The notes beneath the pieces were generated by a model. That model did not search any database, was not told the DNA's origin, and worked only from the letters and a program-made list of their open reading frames with translations. From Eledone cirrhosa (lineage: Eukaryota), in assembly GCA_964016885.1 (NCBI GenBank), contig OZ024747.1, forward strand, positions 16,492,001 through 16,556,000: a stretch of 64,000 bases of DNA. Reading direction: 5' to 3'. Both the position numbers and the translations under genes were made by a program. This document shows positions 16,482-30,241 of the stretch, piece by piece. Within the stretch, counting starts at the first letter, position 1; each line of letters begins with the position of its first letter.

Positions 16482-17424
16482 GTGTGCGTGTGTTTGTGTT
16501 TACCTCAGTGTGTGAGCGCCTGCGTGAGAATTTGTGTTCAAAGGAATGCGAATGCAGTAGGAGAATTTAGGATGATGTTTGTAATAATAGTGTTTAATCT
16601 ATCTCATTTGATCTGTGTGATATAAATATTGTTTTATGTAGATATAATACCTCTGAGCTTCGTTACCCTGTACATATAAGATAGCGACACATTTTCATTA
16701 GCTTATACTATTCTTTCCATGATAAACATACACATCTTCATTCATTAATAATACAGATGCGTAGGACAATATATACATTCAACATTATTGACACACAACC
16801 AGTCTCCAAACATAGTTGCACAAGCTATAGCTAGATCAGAAGAACAGCATCGATTTCAGTTGACCCGTAAACAATATTAAACTAGGGTATCTTCACTACG
16901 ATTCACCGCGAAGCAATGTTCAGCCAAAAGATTGTCTGGCACTGAGAACGATTTCTGAATTTCTTGGAAAGTGTGGGGCTGGCTAGAATATTAGATTAAT
17001 AGATAGATATATGTTGGACAGCAGAATAACTACATTACCGCAGATAAACTTATATTCCACTTTTTAAAATCGTTCTAGAATTTATGAAGTAAACAATATT
17101 ATGATAATTAGATCGCTTCAATCTCACTAACAGAAACTTCCATTGCAACCAGTATGTTTTACAGCTATATCGAATTATAATTTTAGTTCAAATTTAGCTC
17201 TGATTTGTACATAGGTGTTAGTTACCGAGAGCATCCGCCCCTCAAATTATGGGTTTCTGTAACAATTAAAACATATGCAGATATATTTTATGGCAGAGAT
17301 GCTTAGGGTATTTTTGTGTCGTAACTGCAAATAAGAAAACATGACTGAGTAGCTGAAATGAGAAATATACACACCCGGTAAGTTGAGTTTTTCTTTGAGT
17401 CTAAATTTAAATTTTGTAAAAGAA

Positions 17425-17600
17425 ACACCTCGCTCAGTGTTTAGGGTTTTTAGCTCAGAAAGGTATGACCATGAGTTCGATTTCCTGCGGCCGTTTGTGT
17501 ACTCGAACAATACCCTTTATTTCCCAGCGCTCTATTGGCCTCAGCTGGCAAAAATCAGTTGTAGCTGTAAGACAATATCCTACCCTGCATCTCTAAGAGA
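17425..17600 (+). mobile_element. Old tRNA-SINE (family B, CORE-like)
   Basis: GCTCAGTGTTTAGGG...GAGTTCGATTTCC A/B-box-like head; similar decayed copies at ~5700-5835 and 55985-56115 (minus). Confidence 0.45.
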
Positions 17601-17699
17601 ACCCAATGAAGAGTGAACGAATCTGGAATATTCAGTCATTTGCCGGTTACGTTAATGAACAGGGGCTTCCATTGGATACAGTGCACGAAGCAGAATACT

Positions 17700-18335
17700 T
17701 GCTAAATACTACCGAGAATTCAGCGAGTGGTCTCGGACTCTATGTAGATGCGTACTTGAAAATGCATGTATTATAACCAGGATGGCGGTATAACTACACT
17801 AGATGGTAACATTTTGAAGAAATATATCGAAACAAGGTTTCACTGGCGACGACGTAAGTACATGCATTGGCAAAGATTTGTATACTTTGAAGAAGTTTAC
17901 TACATTTAGGAATTCAAATCTCTTCAATCAAACACACGGGAATAATACAAACCTCCTATATGTGGACACTCACTAAGAGATGGAGTTGAAACGTAATGAA
18001 ACATACACGAGAATTCTCCGAGCGGCTATAAAGAAATCCTGGATGCAGCATCCACCTCCGATAAGAAGCAATTATTCGGTCATCTACATCTATTTTCTCT
18101 CACAACTCGAGAGCGAGGAATACGATTTGCAGGTTACTGATGGGTCGGAGACAAAAGGATAAAACTGTCAGTGGAGTGTTGTTATTTATTCCAATTCATT
18201 GTCACGCCAACGTGGACAGGACATACAAAACATAAGCCACACCTTTATGTGAGCATGTTGTGAGTAATCTGAAGGCCATTAGCAGTAGCGACCCAGATGG
18301 ATGGAGATGAAGTGTCATGTTGATCGGGGCAATCA
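17700..18335 (+). pseudogene. Decayed RTE-clade LINE RT C-terminal fragment
   Basis: ..WTLTK.MELKRNETYTRILRAAIKKSWMQHP resembles the RTE motif WTLTK..EKKLDG.YTRMLRA.LN.SW.QHP; many frameshifts. Confidence 0.65.
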
Positions 18336-18402
18336 GCACGCCAAGATCTTTTCGAACAATCTCTTTTCTCATTAGAAATTTTGTTCATTATTTTGTATGA
18401 AT

Positions 18403-18593
18403 GACGGTGGATTGGCAGTATCGGTAGAGGGTCGGACGCCATGCTTTGACGCATAGAGTTACGGCCATTGCCATTCTGAGTTCAAATCCCGCCGAGGTTA
18501 ATTTGCCTTTCATCCTTACGGGGTCGATAAAATAAACTAACAGTAATACACTGGGTAATTGCTGGCCTTGTGCCTAACGTAGAAACAATTATT
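18403..18593 (+). mobile_element. SINE family A copy
   Basis: GGTGGATTGGCAGTATCGGTAGAGGGTCGGACGCC...GAGTTCAAATCCCGCC...AGAAACAATTATT. Confidence 0.88.
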
Positions 18594-20293
18594 TTTATGA
18601 ATGACAATTCGTATTAACGATCTAAATGTTCAATAATCCTAAAGCATCATCATTTATTGACGACATTATATTAATGACAGTACCATATGCCTTTGTGATA
18701 TATTCTGTTTTATGTCGGGAGTTATTTATAAAAGGTCAAATTAAAGCCCAACTCATTTACTAATGAATATTTCTGGTTTCAAATGATCCGGCCAACGATT
18801 TAAACGCCATAACGTCCTTATCAATTCCATTTTCATCCTAAAAGGAAACTGTTTTGAAAAACATCTACTGAACGAATAATTAGTCGAACCTTCTCTAGAA
18901 TATACTTGACGAAGTAATTCATCTTTTACCGCAAGAATCTATATATGACGAATGCTCTATAGCTTTTTCTGCTAATATACTAATATGCGAGGTTTATCAA
19001 TTTATTAGTAGTGTTAATATAATTCATTTCATGCGAAATAATGTTGGTAATTATTTGATTAACACCAAATATTAACACCAAAGCGACAGTGTTAGCAACT
19101 TTATACACGATGCACAGGAATGACTCAGCGTTACATTCTAATACAGCTATCATAGAATGATTTCCTTTGCTGACTTTCTTACATAAACTATACATACTAC
19201 ACTTTAATAACCGGTACTATTCTATAATTCTATAATCGGTGTTGCCCATGGATACAATAAGGATTTGCTAATAATATAACTTGACAAATCAATACATTAT
19301 TTTCTCAAGCTCTAATGATATTACATACGATTTGTATTACAATGATCAACACTCGAACATCTCACACTGTCGAGAGGACAGTATACTAGTTATATTTCCT
19401 TTTTAATCAACAATTAAATAGCAGTGGGATACCGCTTAAGCTATTTACCTTTCAATTCAATCAGACAATTAAGCAATATGATACAATTTTATTGTTTTAT
19501 GTAAGCAACATCAAAACAAAAATATTAATGAATATGTAGGAATATCTATATAAAACTGGAGTTGAAATTTAAATGTTATAGAATTCCTACTACACAAAAG
19601 CAAACCAAATATCGTTTCTGATTATTAAATAAAAAACAATGGTGTTAAATACGAATATATTTCACAATATATTTAGTTATATTAGATTTGTCGAATGTCA
19701 AATTTTGAGATTTATTGAATTATCAAACAGTGGAAATTAACTTATTTCTATATGTCAGGCATGAGTTCCAAATAATTCTCATTATTTGTCAATTTTCCAG
19801 TTTGCATGTTAAAGTTCTTATATTTCAAATCTAGAAAACATCTCAGTTTCTGGGCATAAGTTATATATAAAAAAGAAATTATTCATGTTTATCTCAATGA
19901 GCCTAGTATCACCTATCTCTGTATCCGTTATATTCATAGTATAATAAATGTTCCCAGTTCTCTGCACTGAGATGTCTGAGAAGGTAGATTCAACTCCAAA
20001 CGTTGAACCAAATTCAAAATAATGTTTATCTGAACAATATACAGCACGTCATTTAACTTGTATATTAAACTTATGAGATCAATTGGTGTCATATTCCATT
20101 AAGTCGTGTATGATCGAGAATAAATACACTAATCATGTACTAACGTCAATTGGAATGAGTAAATCATCCTCACCCAACACACCAACAATAAAATAAATAC
20201 ATAATGTTATTGTTATTATGTCTCACAGTTTTAGCAAGTTACCAACGATTTAACAAACGTTATAAGAACATGTATGTAAACTGGCGTATATAC

Positions 20294-20424
<131 letters not shown>

Positions 20425-20919
20425 TGTGTGTGTGTGTATCTATATATCTATCTATCTATATATATATATATATGGGGGGTTATGTGTGTGTATGGGGCGG
20501 GGAGAGAATGTACGTTTACGCATGCCTTCGTAAATGGATAATTGATGCCAATCAGAGACATCTTTTCAGTTTAAAATAGAACCAACGTCAGAGGGCATTC
20601 ACCTGTAATACAGACTTCAAATAATTATGCAACTGATGGTGTAATTATTCCAGAAACATATTGGTTATATGTGAGATTAAAATGTTGTTTAATTCAGGAA
20701 CTGATGCTCTGGTCAAATCATTCACCATGTTCAATTTATTCGTAAATATGATAAGTTTATATGTTTACATATAAACATAGTTTCTTTTACTTATATACAC
20801 ACTCTTGTAGCTTCGTTCACATCTTGTGTTGCTGTATACGGATACGAGGTTTTTCAAATATACTTCAGTTATTTTGTGTAAAATATATATATAAAAATAC
20901 CTCTCGCCATATATATATA

Positions 20920-20992
<73 letters not shown>

Positions 20993-21130
20993 AGGTATAG
21001 GATTATCCAAGATGTAGTGATGGTTAATTACTACACTGGATATGGTTGACGTACGGTAAGGGGTTACTCTACGAGTTATGGAAGAATTGTTCAAGGAACT
21101 TAGTTCCTGGTCCTTCAGTATTCCGGAGTG

Positions 21131-21328
21131 TATATAAAGAATGAATAATAACAGGTAGACATCATAAAAAGGTAGTTTATTCCGTGTGCTTACAAGTGTT
21201 TCCACGGTGGTACTGCAGCCTAGTTCCGCTACGTGCAAGCGGAACTAGGCTGCAGTACCACCGTGGAAACACTTGTAAGCACACGGAATAAACTACCTTT
21301 TTATGATGTCTACCTGTTATTATTCATT

Positions 21329-21337
<9 letters not shown>
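21131..21337. repeat. 100-bp perfect palindrome (folded-back Penelope-type tail)
   Basis: Arms 21131-21230 and 21238-21337 around a 7-nt loop; contains GAAAC-ACTT-GTA-agca followed by AATAAA. Confidence 0.9.
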
Positions 21338-21379
<42 letters not shown>

Positions 21380-21861
21380 ATAATATGTACTCCTGCGGGA
21401 ACATTTAATACATATATATGACGTCTGTTACAAATTTAATTAATCTGGGTGTTTGTATTAATGTTTGTATTCGGGATTATTTCCTCTCACACTTTGTGCG
21501 TTGTGTTTTACTCGGGAAATTACGTTTCTAGATCCAATAACCTTCCATTAAATAACATAACATTTATACTAGACTTTGTGCAGCACATATATATATTGCA
21601 GATCAGAATCCAAGAAATGGTGTGTCTGAAATTTCGTCTTAAATTTGTTATCATGTTTCCTTGAGCATTTAGTAAAAAAATTCGATGTCGTATCTAGTAT
21701 TTATAGATGATTCTATTCATTATCTTTATGTATGGTTTTAACGGAGTATCTGGTATTCATATGGCTTTTCTGTCTAGTCTCTACTAAGCTTTCGTGTTTT
21801 CTATATCAGCTGAAAATATTGATGTTTGTCTGCTGTTTCATGATAAGATATTTAAAATTTG

Positions 21862-21940
<79 letters not shown>

Positions 21941-21970
21941 ACGCACACACATATATACACACACACATAC

Positions 21971-22001
<31 letters not shown>

Positions 22002-22026
22002 CATCATATATATATATATATGTATG

Positions 22027-22057
<31 letters not shown>

Positions 22058-25000
22058 GAATATATTTGTGTATCTGTGTGTGTGGGTATGTGTCTGTGTG
22101 TGTATATACATATATATTCGCATGTTTATATATAAATATATATATTTAACCATACTATTGTACTCTATTAATCTGAAAGTTGAGTTATGTTCTACATTTT
22201 TACTTGATTGTCAGAAAAGCGAGTTTATTGGGGTGAATAAGTGTTTGTATTGACGTATGATAATATATAGTAGACTGTCTTAAAGAATTATCGTTATTGA
22301 CAGGTATTTATTGTATAGTATAGTATTACCCACGCGGAAGCGATTATATATCACTGTAAGTTTAGTATTATACCAGCGTCTCAATATCTCCTTCGAAATA
22401 TCTCTACAGGGTTAACATCATTTTGTGCTGTATTAGGTATGGTAAAACACAAATCGGTATGCAAGAGAATAAACTTGAAATGATTAATAGCATTCAGAAT
22501 TGCAGATGTATATTATGTATACAATCACTGCCTTTTCACGAGGTATACGCTGGCTTTATAGTAAGGATTAATAACGACATATTTTGCATAAAACTTTTCC
22601 TACTTACATAGAAAATTATTGTTTATAGCATAGCAAAGCTCCTTGATAACAATTCACAATGAAAAAAGGAAATCCATTATATATGTTAAAATAACATATA
22701 TAAATGAATCAATATATAACAAATGTCATTGTTAAATTTCATTAAATATTCATGATTTTTCATTTTGCATCTATCTTAGTACAAATATGCTTAGGTTATA
22801 GAAGAAATGGTGTTTATTTATACATCTTAGTACACAAATGCATAGATTATAAAGGATTTTTGTTTATTGTTACTGGCTGCCTGCGTGTGGTTGATGTTAT
22901 AGATATAATAAATTAAGTTATAGTTTATAGTTTTCACCAGGTTTTATGCAAGCAATTCTCCATTACGCAATAGGAAGCTTTAGCAGATATATATTGTCCA
23001 GATAGGATAAAGTATGAATTATTTCTGAAATAATTTACATTCAGCTTATATACTGATTTATGCAAGTTGGTAAAAATTCATGGGTTTGGACTGAAAGTCC
23101 ATTTCCTTGCGCGCTTTGTGAAATATGTTGTGAATGATCTGTAGTTATATCCTTTGTCTGATAATATTTTTCATTGCATCCCTCAATCGACTATAGTGTA
23201 CTTTATTTTGTCAATCAAACATATGTATGTAAATGTTTATATATATATATATATGTTCACTTTTGAATTTATGAGCAAATATAAATGTTTCCTTATGGAG
23301 TTTATAAGATGGTCATTTTCGTTGTTCGTAAAATTGAACTACAGAGAGAAGTGGTTAGATAATAACAAAATGGTACTTCTTGCGCCAAGACAGATGTGCA
23401 TTACAAATAACTACAAGGTACGATACTTTCATATATCTTGCCAACATTTGTATCAAATAGGAAATTCTTTTCCAGAAAGAAATATATCGTGGCTAATTTT
23501 CTTGGACAGCATATTCCTTCACATACATATTGATTAATTCCATTATAAAATTACCCATTGTTTTCTTTAAATGAAAATTGAAAACCAAAATGGAATAACA
23601 TTTAAAACAGAAAATATTTCATTCCTCTTGCAATGAAAAATCAGTTTATATATATTTCATTTATGTAAACATGTAAAACGATGGTAACTAGATAATAATA
23701 TCTAACTTAGTGGTTAATCGGTACCTATATCTGTTACCTATGAAGTGCATATGAAATTATCTATAAACGTGTATTTGCTCTGGTTCATCCATAGAAGCTA
23801 TGGTCCCCACTCCATTATCGATCTGCTCTTCAATCTAGTGATATGACAAAAATATAGTGTTTTTGTCGCATCGTTTTTATTACTATATACACCAATTGCT
23901 TGTTTTGTTACCACCACCAGTAATTCACTGAATCACATACACTATATATACCTATATATGCGTTCGTATCGTTATATGCATGCGCGATCGAAGGACTATT
24001 TACGTGCGTCTGTGTGTCGTTTATGGGAATATTTGCATATGAACCACTTTTATTTATTCTGTATCACTTCTCCCATATCATATTGTTATTGAGCATGAGA
24101 CATGATCTATAGAGATGAGGAAGAACGGGTGTTATTTATCTCTACTCAGTCTGTGTACAAGAGTTTTACTCTTAACCAATAGATCATACATTACTTCTAT
24201 ATAACTATTACTTCGAAAAGATCATTTCTATAGCCACACTCTATAATATTCCTTGCTTGCAACAAATCTGGATATTAAATATAATGCAAATATGTTCTTA
24301 TCCTTACGTAATATATCTTGGTAAAACTACAGACATTTTTCAAAAATAGAAATTAAAAATATGGAATACTGTACAAAAAGAGTATAACTATTATGCATAA
24401 ATATATTTTATATGCAACTTATATGAGTAAAATATTAACTCAAAGTGACACACCGAGTTGTGGAGACAGTATCTAACTCAGATTATTGCTGAGAGAAACA
24501 TCAGTCAAGGCTAAGACAAATACTCCAAAGAATGAAAGGATAATCTCTCTATGCACGATGTGTTGGCAAATATAAATATCTTATAATAATACAAGTCATG
24601 CGAAACAGATAAATGGGAAAGTTAATACTTTTACAAATAAGAATAATCTGTTGGCTTGCATTGTCTAGGTGAAAATGTCGATTCTTGTATTGATGATTCT
24701 AATTTTACTAAAACATTCCTAAAGTCTATCCGTTTGGATTTGGTAAAATGATATACCATATGGATATTTGCTTACCTCAGAGAAATATACAAATATATAT
24801 TGCAATGGATTTCCACTTTAGATATATACATTCAGCATTTACCCTGAATAAATTCAAGTAAAGCATAGTAATTAAAATTACATAGACGAAAATGAGCAGA
24901 TCCTACTATCTGTTCTAAAACAGCAAAAACAAACATTACAGTAAAAGTAGCTGCTGTTTACTGTCACATCTACATAAGAAACACTATCTACTGGAAATAT

Positions 25001-25751
25001 CAGTCAAACTATACAATTATAACATTATTTTCTTAAAGGAAATGGAACATTGGCCAACATAGTTCCTGGCTTCCTTATATCCTTTGTGATGAGCAATGTT
25101 GCAACGCCCTATAGCTGGTGGGTTTGTTCTAATGACATTTTTAATGAAAACATGGAAATCAAACCTTAAAAGATCCACACCAACTACATAATATCCATGA
25201 ATGTAGTATTGATAGTTTAATTCATTTTACTAATTCACTTTTTTATAAACGTTGTTACGTTGTGGTTCTTCTTAGAAGCAGCAAAATCAGATCCCATTTA
25301 TTGGCTGCACATTCCAGCAAGACATCATCTCCGATGTCACCCAGGTTTTCCTTGTTTAGTTAAACTATTAAAACATGTTTCATCCAGGTTATATAAAACA
25401 CATTATCATGAACAGGATTTGAATAGTCTTCGTGGAGTTACATTTAAAATATATTGAATATGACCTTCATTTTCAGCTTGACACTATACTTTAGATGTTT
25501 GAAACTAACATGTGTGAGAAATGATCTTTTCATAAACCTAAAAGGAACCACCACAAATAAAAGCCAACTAATTACAATAATGACACATCCTAAATTAGTT
25601 GGGATTAATGAGGTGACCTTATGTTGTGTTCATGTTCTCTCAGGTAACAAGATAACACACAACGAGTGATCTAATCCAAGTAAATGAAAGTTATGCTATC
25701 AATAATGTTCACAATCTCAGAATTAACTAGTTTTCGAAATGCGTGATAATC

Positions 25752-25884
25752 AATAACAATAGCAATAATAATGATGATTAAGAGTATGATGATGATGATG
25801 ATGATGATGATAACAACAACAACAACGACAACAACGACATCAACAATGATAATAATGATAATAATAATAAAAATAATAATAATG

Positions 25885-25920
<36 letters not shown>
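25752..25920. repeat. (GAT)n/(CAA)n/(TAA)n trinucleotide tract, target of the downstream retroelements
   Basis: Direct observation. Confidence 0.95.
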
Positions 25921-25921
<1 letters not shown>

Positions 25922-25944
25922 TTTAAAAAAACAACAAAAAGAAA

Positions 25945-28900
25945 ACCCCGTGACCAAGAAATACCGGGATGGCGGCCGGCGGGGAATAGCCGTGTCTCTA
26001 GGGGAGAACGACCCCTCTAGTCTTGGTTGACACTCGTTCTAGAAGTGGTAACACGAAATGATTACCCCTTGGCGGATAAGGATAAAACGCGACAAAATAA
26101 AGTAAATGTCTAACGATAAAATCTCATACCGAATCGGCCGTCACCCGGGTAAAAAAGGGCCGCGTCCCTCAGAGAGGAACCAGACTGGGGTCGAAAAATC
26201 AGCTAATGGTTCAAACCTTCCCATCACTTCGGAGCTGGAGACCTCCCATAACCGGAATACTCCTACTGTTGGCCCTCCATGCTCACCACCAAGAAATCCA
26301 AAGAAAAAGAAAGAAAAATGGTCAAGGGAAGATAATAAAGAAGTCCTTGAGGCTTTCTACACTGCCATGTACTACCCATCAAATACATCGAATACAGAAC
26401 AGACATATATCAACTGGAAAAAGAAACATCCCGAAAACAGAGGCTATATTGGCAGTAACAAACTAGCCAATATACGAAGAAATATTGTAAGGAAAAAGTT
26501 ACTAACTGATATAGAAATTGATCAGATCAAGCTATTAGCACAAAGTCAGCGAAGGGAAAATGAAACATGTGTCAGTGAAAACGAGGTAAACTGTAACACT
26601 TCGAATCCCAGGGTTGGGGCGGAATCACTGGCAACAGAACAAATTAAAGAAAGGATCGAAAAAGTGGAGGGAGTGCATGCTCAGGATGAAACTCCAAATG
26701 AAAATAATGAGATCGTAAATGATAAAGAAATGAATGAGAATGAACTTGCCAACTTGAAGGATGAAATTATGATCGAATGGATGAAAATGAAAGAATCTGA
26801 TATGGGGCAACGAGACACCCTCCCTAAGATCCAGAACTCCAAACAGAACCAAAAGATAATACACAAGACTAACATAATTCTCATAAACATTATCATCACA
26901 AACAAACTAAACATTACTGATTTAAATCATCCCTATTATGCATCGGCTAAAGTCACCACTCACTTATGTGGAGTGAAGATGAAAAAAACAAAGGAATTCC
27001 CACAAGAAATCTAATTGGCAAGAGAACATCAATCGCCAAATAAACCTTCTCCGATCTGACATAGAAATTTTAACAAACTATAAAGTAGGTGAACATGTTA
27101 AACAAACTAAACTTAGAAAATTGAAAAAAAAGTACAGTATAAAATCAACATGTGACATAGACATGCTGATAGAAATAATCAAGCAAAAAGTGTCGGCCAA
27201 AGCTGCTCGTATAAGGCGCTTTGAAAAACGATCTAGATTCTATAAGGACAATAATATGTTCAAAAACAACCAAAGAAACTTCTACAGAAAAATTGGTAAG
27301 TCAACAGTAACTGCTAAATCAATACCACCCAAGGAGGAAGTGCAAGAATTCTGGGAAAAGAACTGGGCCGAAGAAAAAGTTCATAACATACATGCCCCAT
27401 GGATAGACAAACAAACGAAAGATACAGCTCATCTTGAGGAACAAATATGGGAAAATATAACAGTTGAACAGTTGCGCTTGGCTCTAAGAAAAACCAGCAA
27501 ATGGAAATCCCCAGGAAAAGACAAAATACAAAACTTTTGGATAAATGCCTTCACAGAGTCTCATGAGCTGTTAGCCCAACTTTACAATGAAATAGTTAAG
27601 GAGCCAGAAAAGATGCCATCATGGCTAGTTAACGGCATTACATTCCTGCTTCCGAAGAATGATGAGACAAACAATCCCAAAAATTACAGACCGATAACTT
27701 GCTTGACCACAATGTATAAAATGTTAACATCAGTCCTAACTGAATACACATATGACCACCTGATAACAAATGACCTATTTCCCATTGAGAAGAAAGGGTG
27801 TAAACGAGGCTCATATGGCTGTAAGGATCAGCTTCTGGTTAACAAAATGATACTGGAAGATTGTCATAATAGACACAAAAATCTATCGATTGCTTGGATA
27901 GATTATAAAAAAGCATTCGATAGTTTGCCACACAGTTGGATTGAAAAATGTTTAGAGATTTTCAAAATATCCCCCGTTGTCAGGAGGTTTTTGTCATTCA
28001 GTATGAAGACATGGAAAACGACACTCCTTTTGAATAGTGAAACAAAATCACTGGAAACTGGAGTAGTTAATATTAATTGTGGAATTTTTCAGGGTGACTC
28101 TTTATCACCGCTTTTATTCTGTATCGCACTTATACCATTAAGTAAAATGCTCAATGAAAACATGGATATAAAGTCTATGACAAACTCATTAATCACTTGT
28201 TCTACATGGATGACCTGAAACTATTTGCAACAAATAATGAACAATTGCACCGTGATGACATTAAAATGGAGTTTAGACAAAATAAAAGCGCCAAAGCAAC
28301 GTTTCTAGAAGAAAGTTGCTGAAAAGTTCAGACATTAATCTTGATCGCGGGAATGTGATAAGAGAACTTGAACAAGAGGAAACTTACACATATCTAGTCT
28401 TTGTGAAGGAGACGGAATCAAGCACTCGACAATGAGGGAAAGGATAAGGATGGAATGTTACCGAAGAGTAAGAGCAATCTTAAGAACGGAATTGAATGCA
28501 AGGAATATGATCAATGCTATAAACACGCTTGCCATACCAGTATTAACTTACAGTTACAATATCAGCAAGTGGTCAAGCACAGAGATCCGTAGGCTCGATA
28601 CAAAAAATTAGAAAATTCTTAACCATGCACAGAATGCATCACCCTAAGGCAGATATAGATAGAATATATCTCCATATATCTCCCTAGGAAAGAAGTAGGA
28701 CGGGGGTTAATCCAGTTAGATATTGCGTTGAAAACTGCAACAATTGGATTATCTACATATCTAAGGGAATCACATGATTGGATGATCAAACTCATTTTGA
28801 AACACGAAAGCATCAAAAGATCATATTCCATTACAAAAGAGGCACAAAGATACAGTAATGGACTACAAATTTCAGAAGTCCCATTTACTGCTGAAATGGA

Positions 28901-29926
28901 AAACACAGAAAAAGCAAAGCAGGTAAAAGTAACTGCAAAGAAAGAACTGCTACAGAAACTGGCTAAGAAATGGCAAGAAAAGCCTTGTGTATGGAAAATA
29001 CCCAGAGCGAGCTAACAATCCTGATGTTGACAAAACTTTAACCCATCAGTGGTTGGCATCCTCTGGACTGAAATCGGAGACTGAAGGACTGATTATATCA
29101 GCACAAGATCAGTGTCTGCCAATAAAAAATTACCAAGCCAACATAATAAAAAGTTACCAAGCCAACATAATAAAAAGTTACCAAGCCAACATAATAATAA
29201 ATGGATGCAGCCCATTATGCCGTGTATGCAAAAAACAACCAGAGACCATTGACCATACAATTTCAATGTGCAGTCCTATAGCTCCAACCGAATACCTAAA
29301 CAGGCATGACAGAGCTGCACAATACATACATTGGATAATGTGTAAGCATTTTGACCTGCCCCATCAAAAGAATTGGTGGGAGCATCAACCACCTCCCATA
29401 CTTGAAAAAGATCACATGACAATCTTGTGGAACTTTAGCATCCAAACAGACCGAAAATAGATGCAAATAGACCTGATATAATATTGAAGGACTTTAAAAA
29501 GAGGGTATGCCTGCTAATTGATATGTCTGTTCCAATAGACAAGAATGTATCTATAAAAACATTTGAAAAATTGAGCAAGTATAAGGACCTGGAGATAGAA
29601 ATTGGAAAAATGTGGAAATTGAGAACTAAAACAATACCAGTGGTTGTACGCGCTCTGGGAATGATACCTAAGGGGTCTAATGATTACTTATCGCAAATCC
29701 CAGGAAACCCGCGTATAGGATAAATACAACAGATAGTACTAATGGGAACTGCCCATATACTAAGGAAGATTCTGTCAATATAAGTACATCACAAGTCTAA
29801 ACACTAAAGATGCATGTGTGAGTATGTATGTTCTTTCTTGAACATGGCGGACCTTGTTGTCTCTTGAGGTCACTGGTTGTGACTTGGTGATAACTCGTAT
29901 GAACATAAAGCAAGATAAATGCAACT

Positions 29927-29927
<1 letters not shown>
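25945..29927 (+). mobile_element. Full-length R4/Dong-like non-LTR retrotransposon (RT + CCHC + RLE), family 1, disrupted
   Basis: ORF 26106-29783 with frameshifts and stops: KWKSPGKD, YRPITCL, AWIDYKKAFDSLPH, GIFQGDSLSPLLF, YMDDLKLF, CRVC..ETIDH..SMC, RHD, RPDI..IDMSVP..K..KY. Flanked by (TAA)n on both sides. Confidence 0.92.
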
Positions 29928-29960
<33 letters not shown>

Positions 29961-30214
29961 GGTCTAATGATTACTTATCGCAAATCCCAGGAAACCCGCG
30001 TATAGGATAAATACAAAAGATATTACTAATGGGAACTGCCCATATACTAAAGAAGATTCTGTCAATATAAGTACATCACAAGTCTAAACACTAAAGATGA
30101 ATGTGTGAGTATGTATCTTCTTTCTTGAACATGGCGTACCTTGTTGTCTCTAGAGGTCACTGGTTGTGACTTGGTGATAACTCGTATGAACATAAAGCAA
30201 GATAAATCCAACTG
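29961..30214 (+). mobile_element. 5'-truncated (~250 bp) copy of family 1
   Basis: Near-identical to 29674-29927; ends in (TAA)n. Confidence 0.92.
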
Positions 30215-30241
30215 TAATAATAATAATACTAATAATAATAA

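Noticed and set aside
18403-18495. tRNA-like A/B boxes
   Set aside because: SINE head rather than a tRNA gene; no cloverleaf, and it continues into the SINE body.
20625-20670. CTGATGG..GAAAC hammerhead-like motif
   Set aside because: Core mismatch and weak stems.
24776-24843. 68-nt minus-strand segment with ttattcag/gtaagc splice-like ends
   Set aside because: Not a multiple of 3, has an in-frame stop and no similarity; expected by chance in a 60 kb intron.
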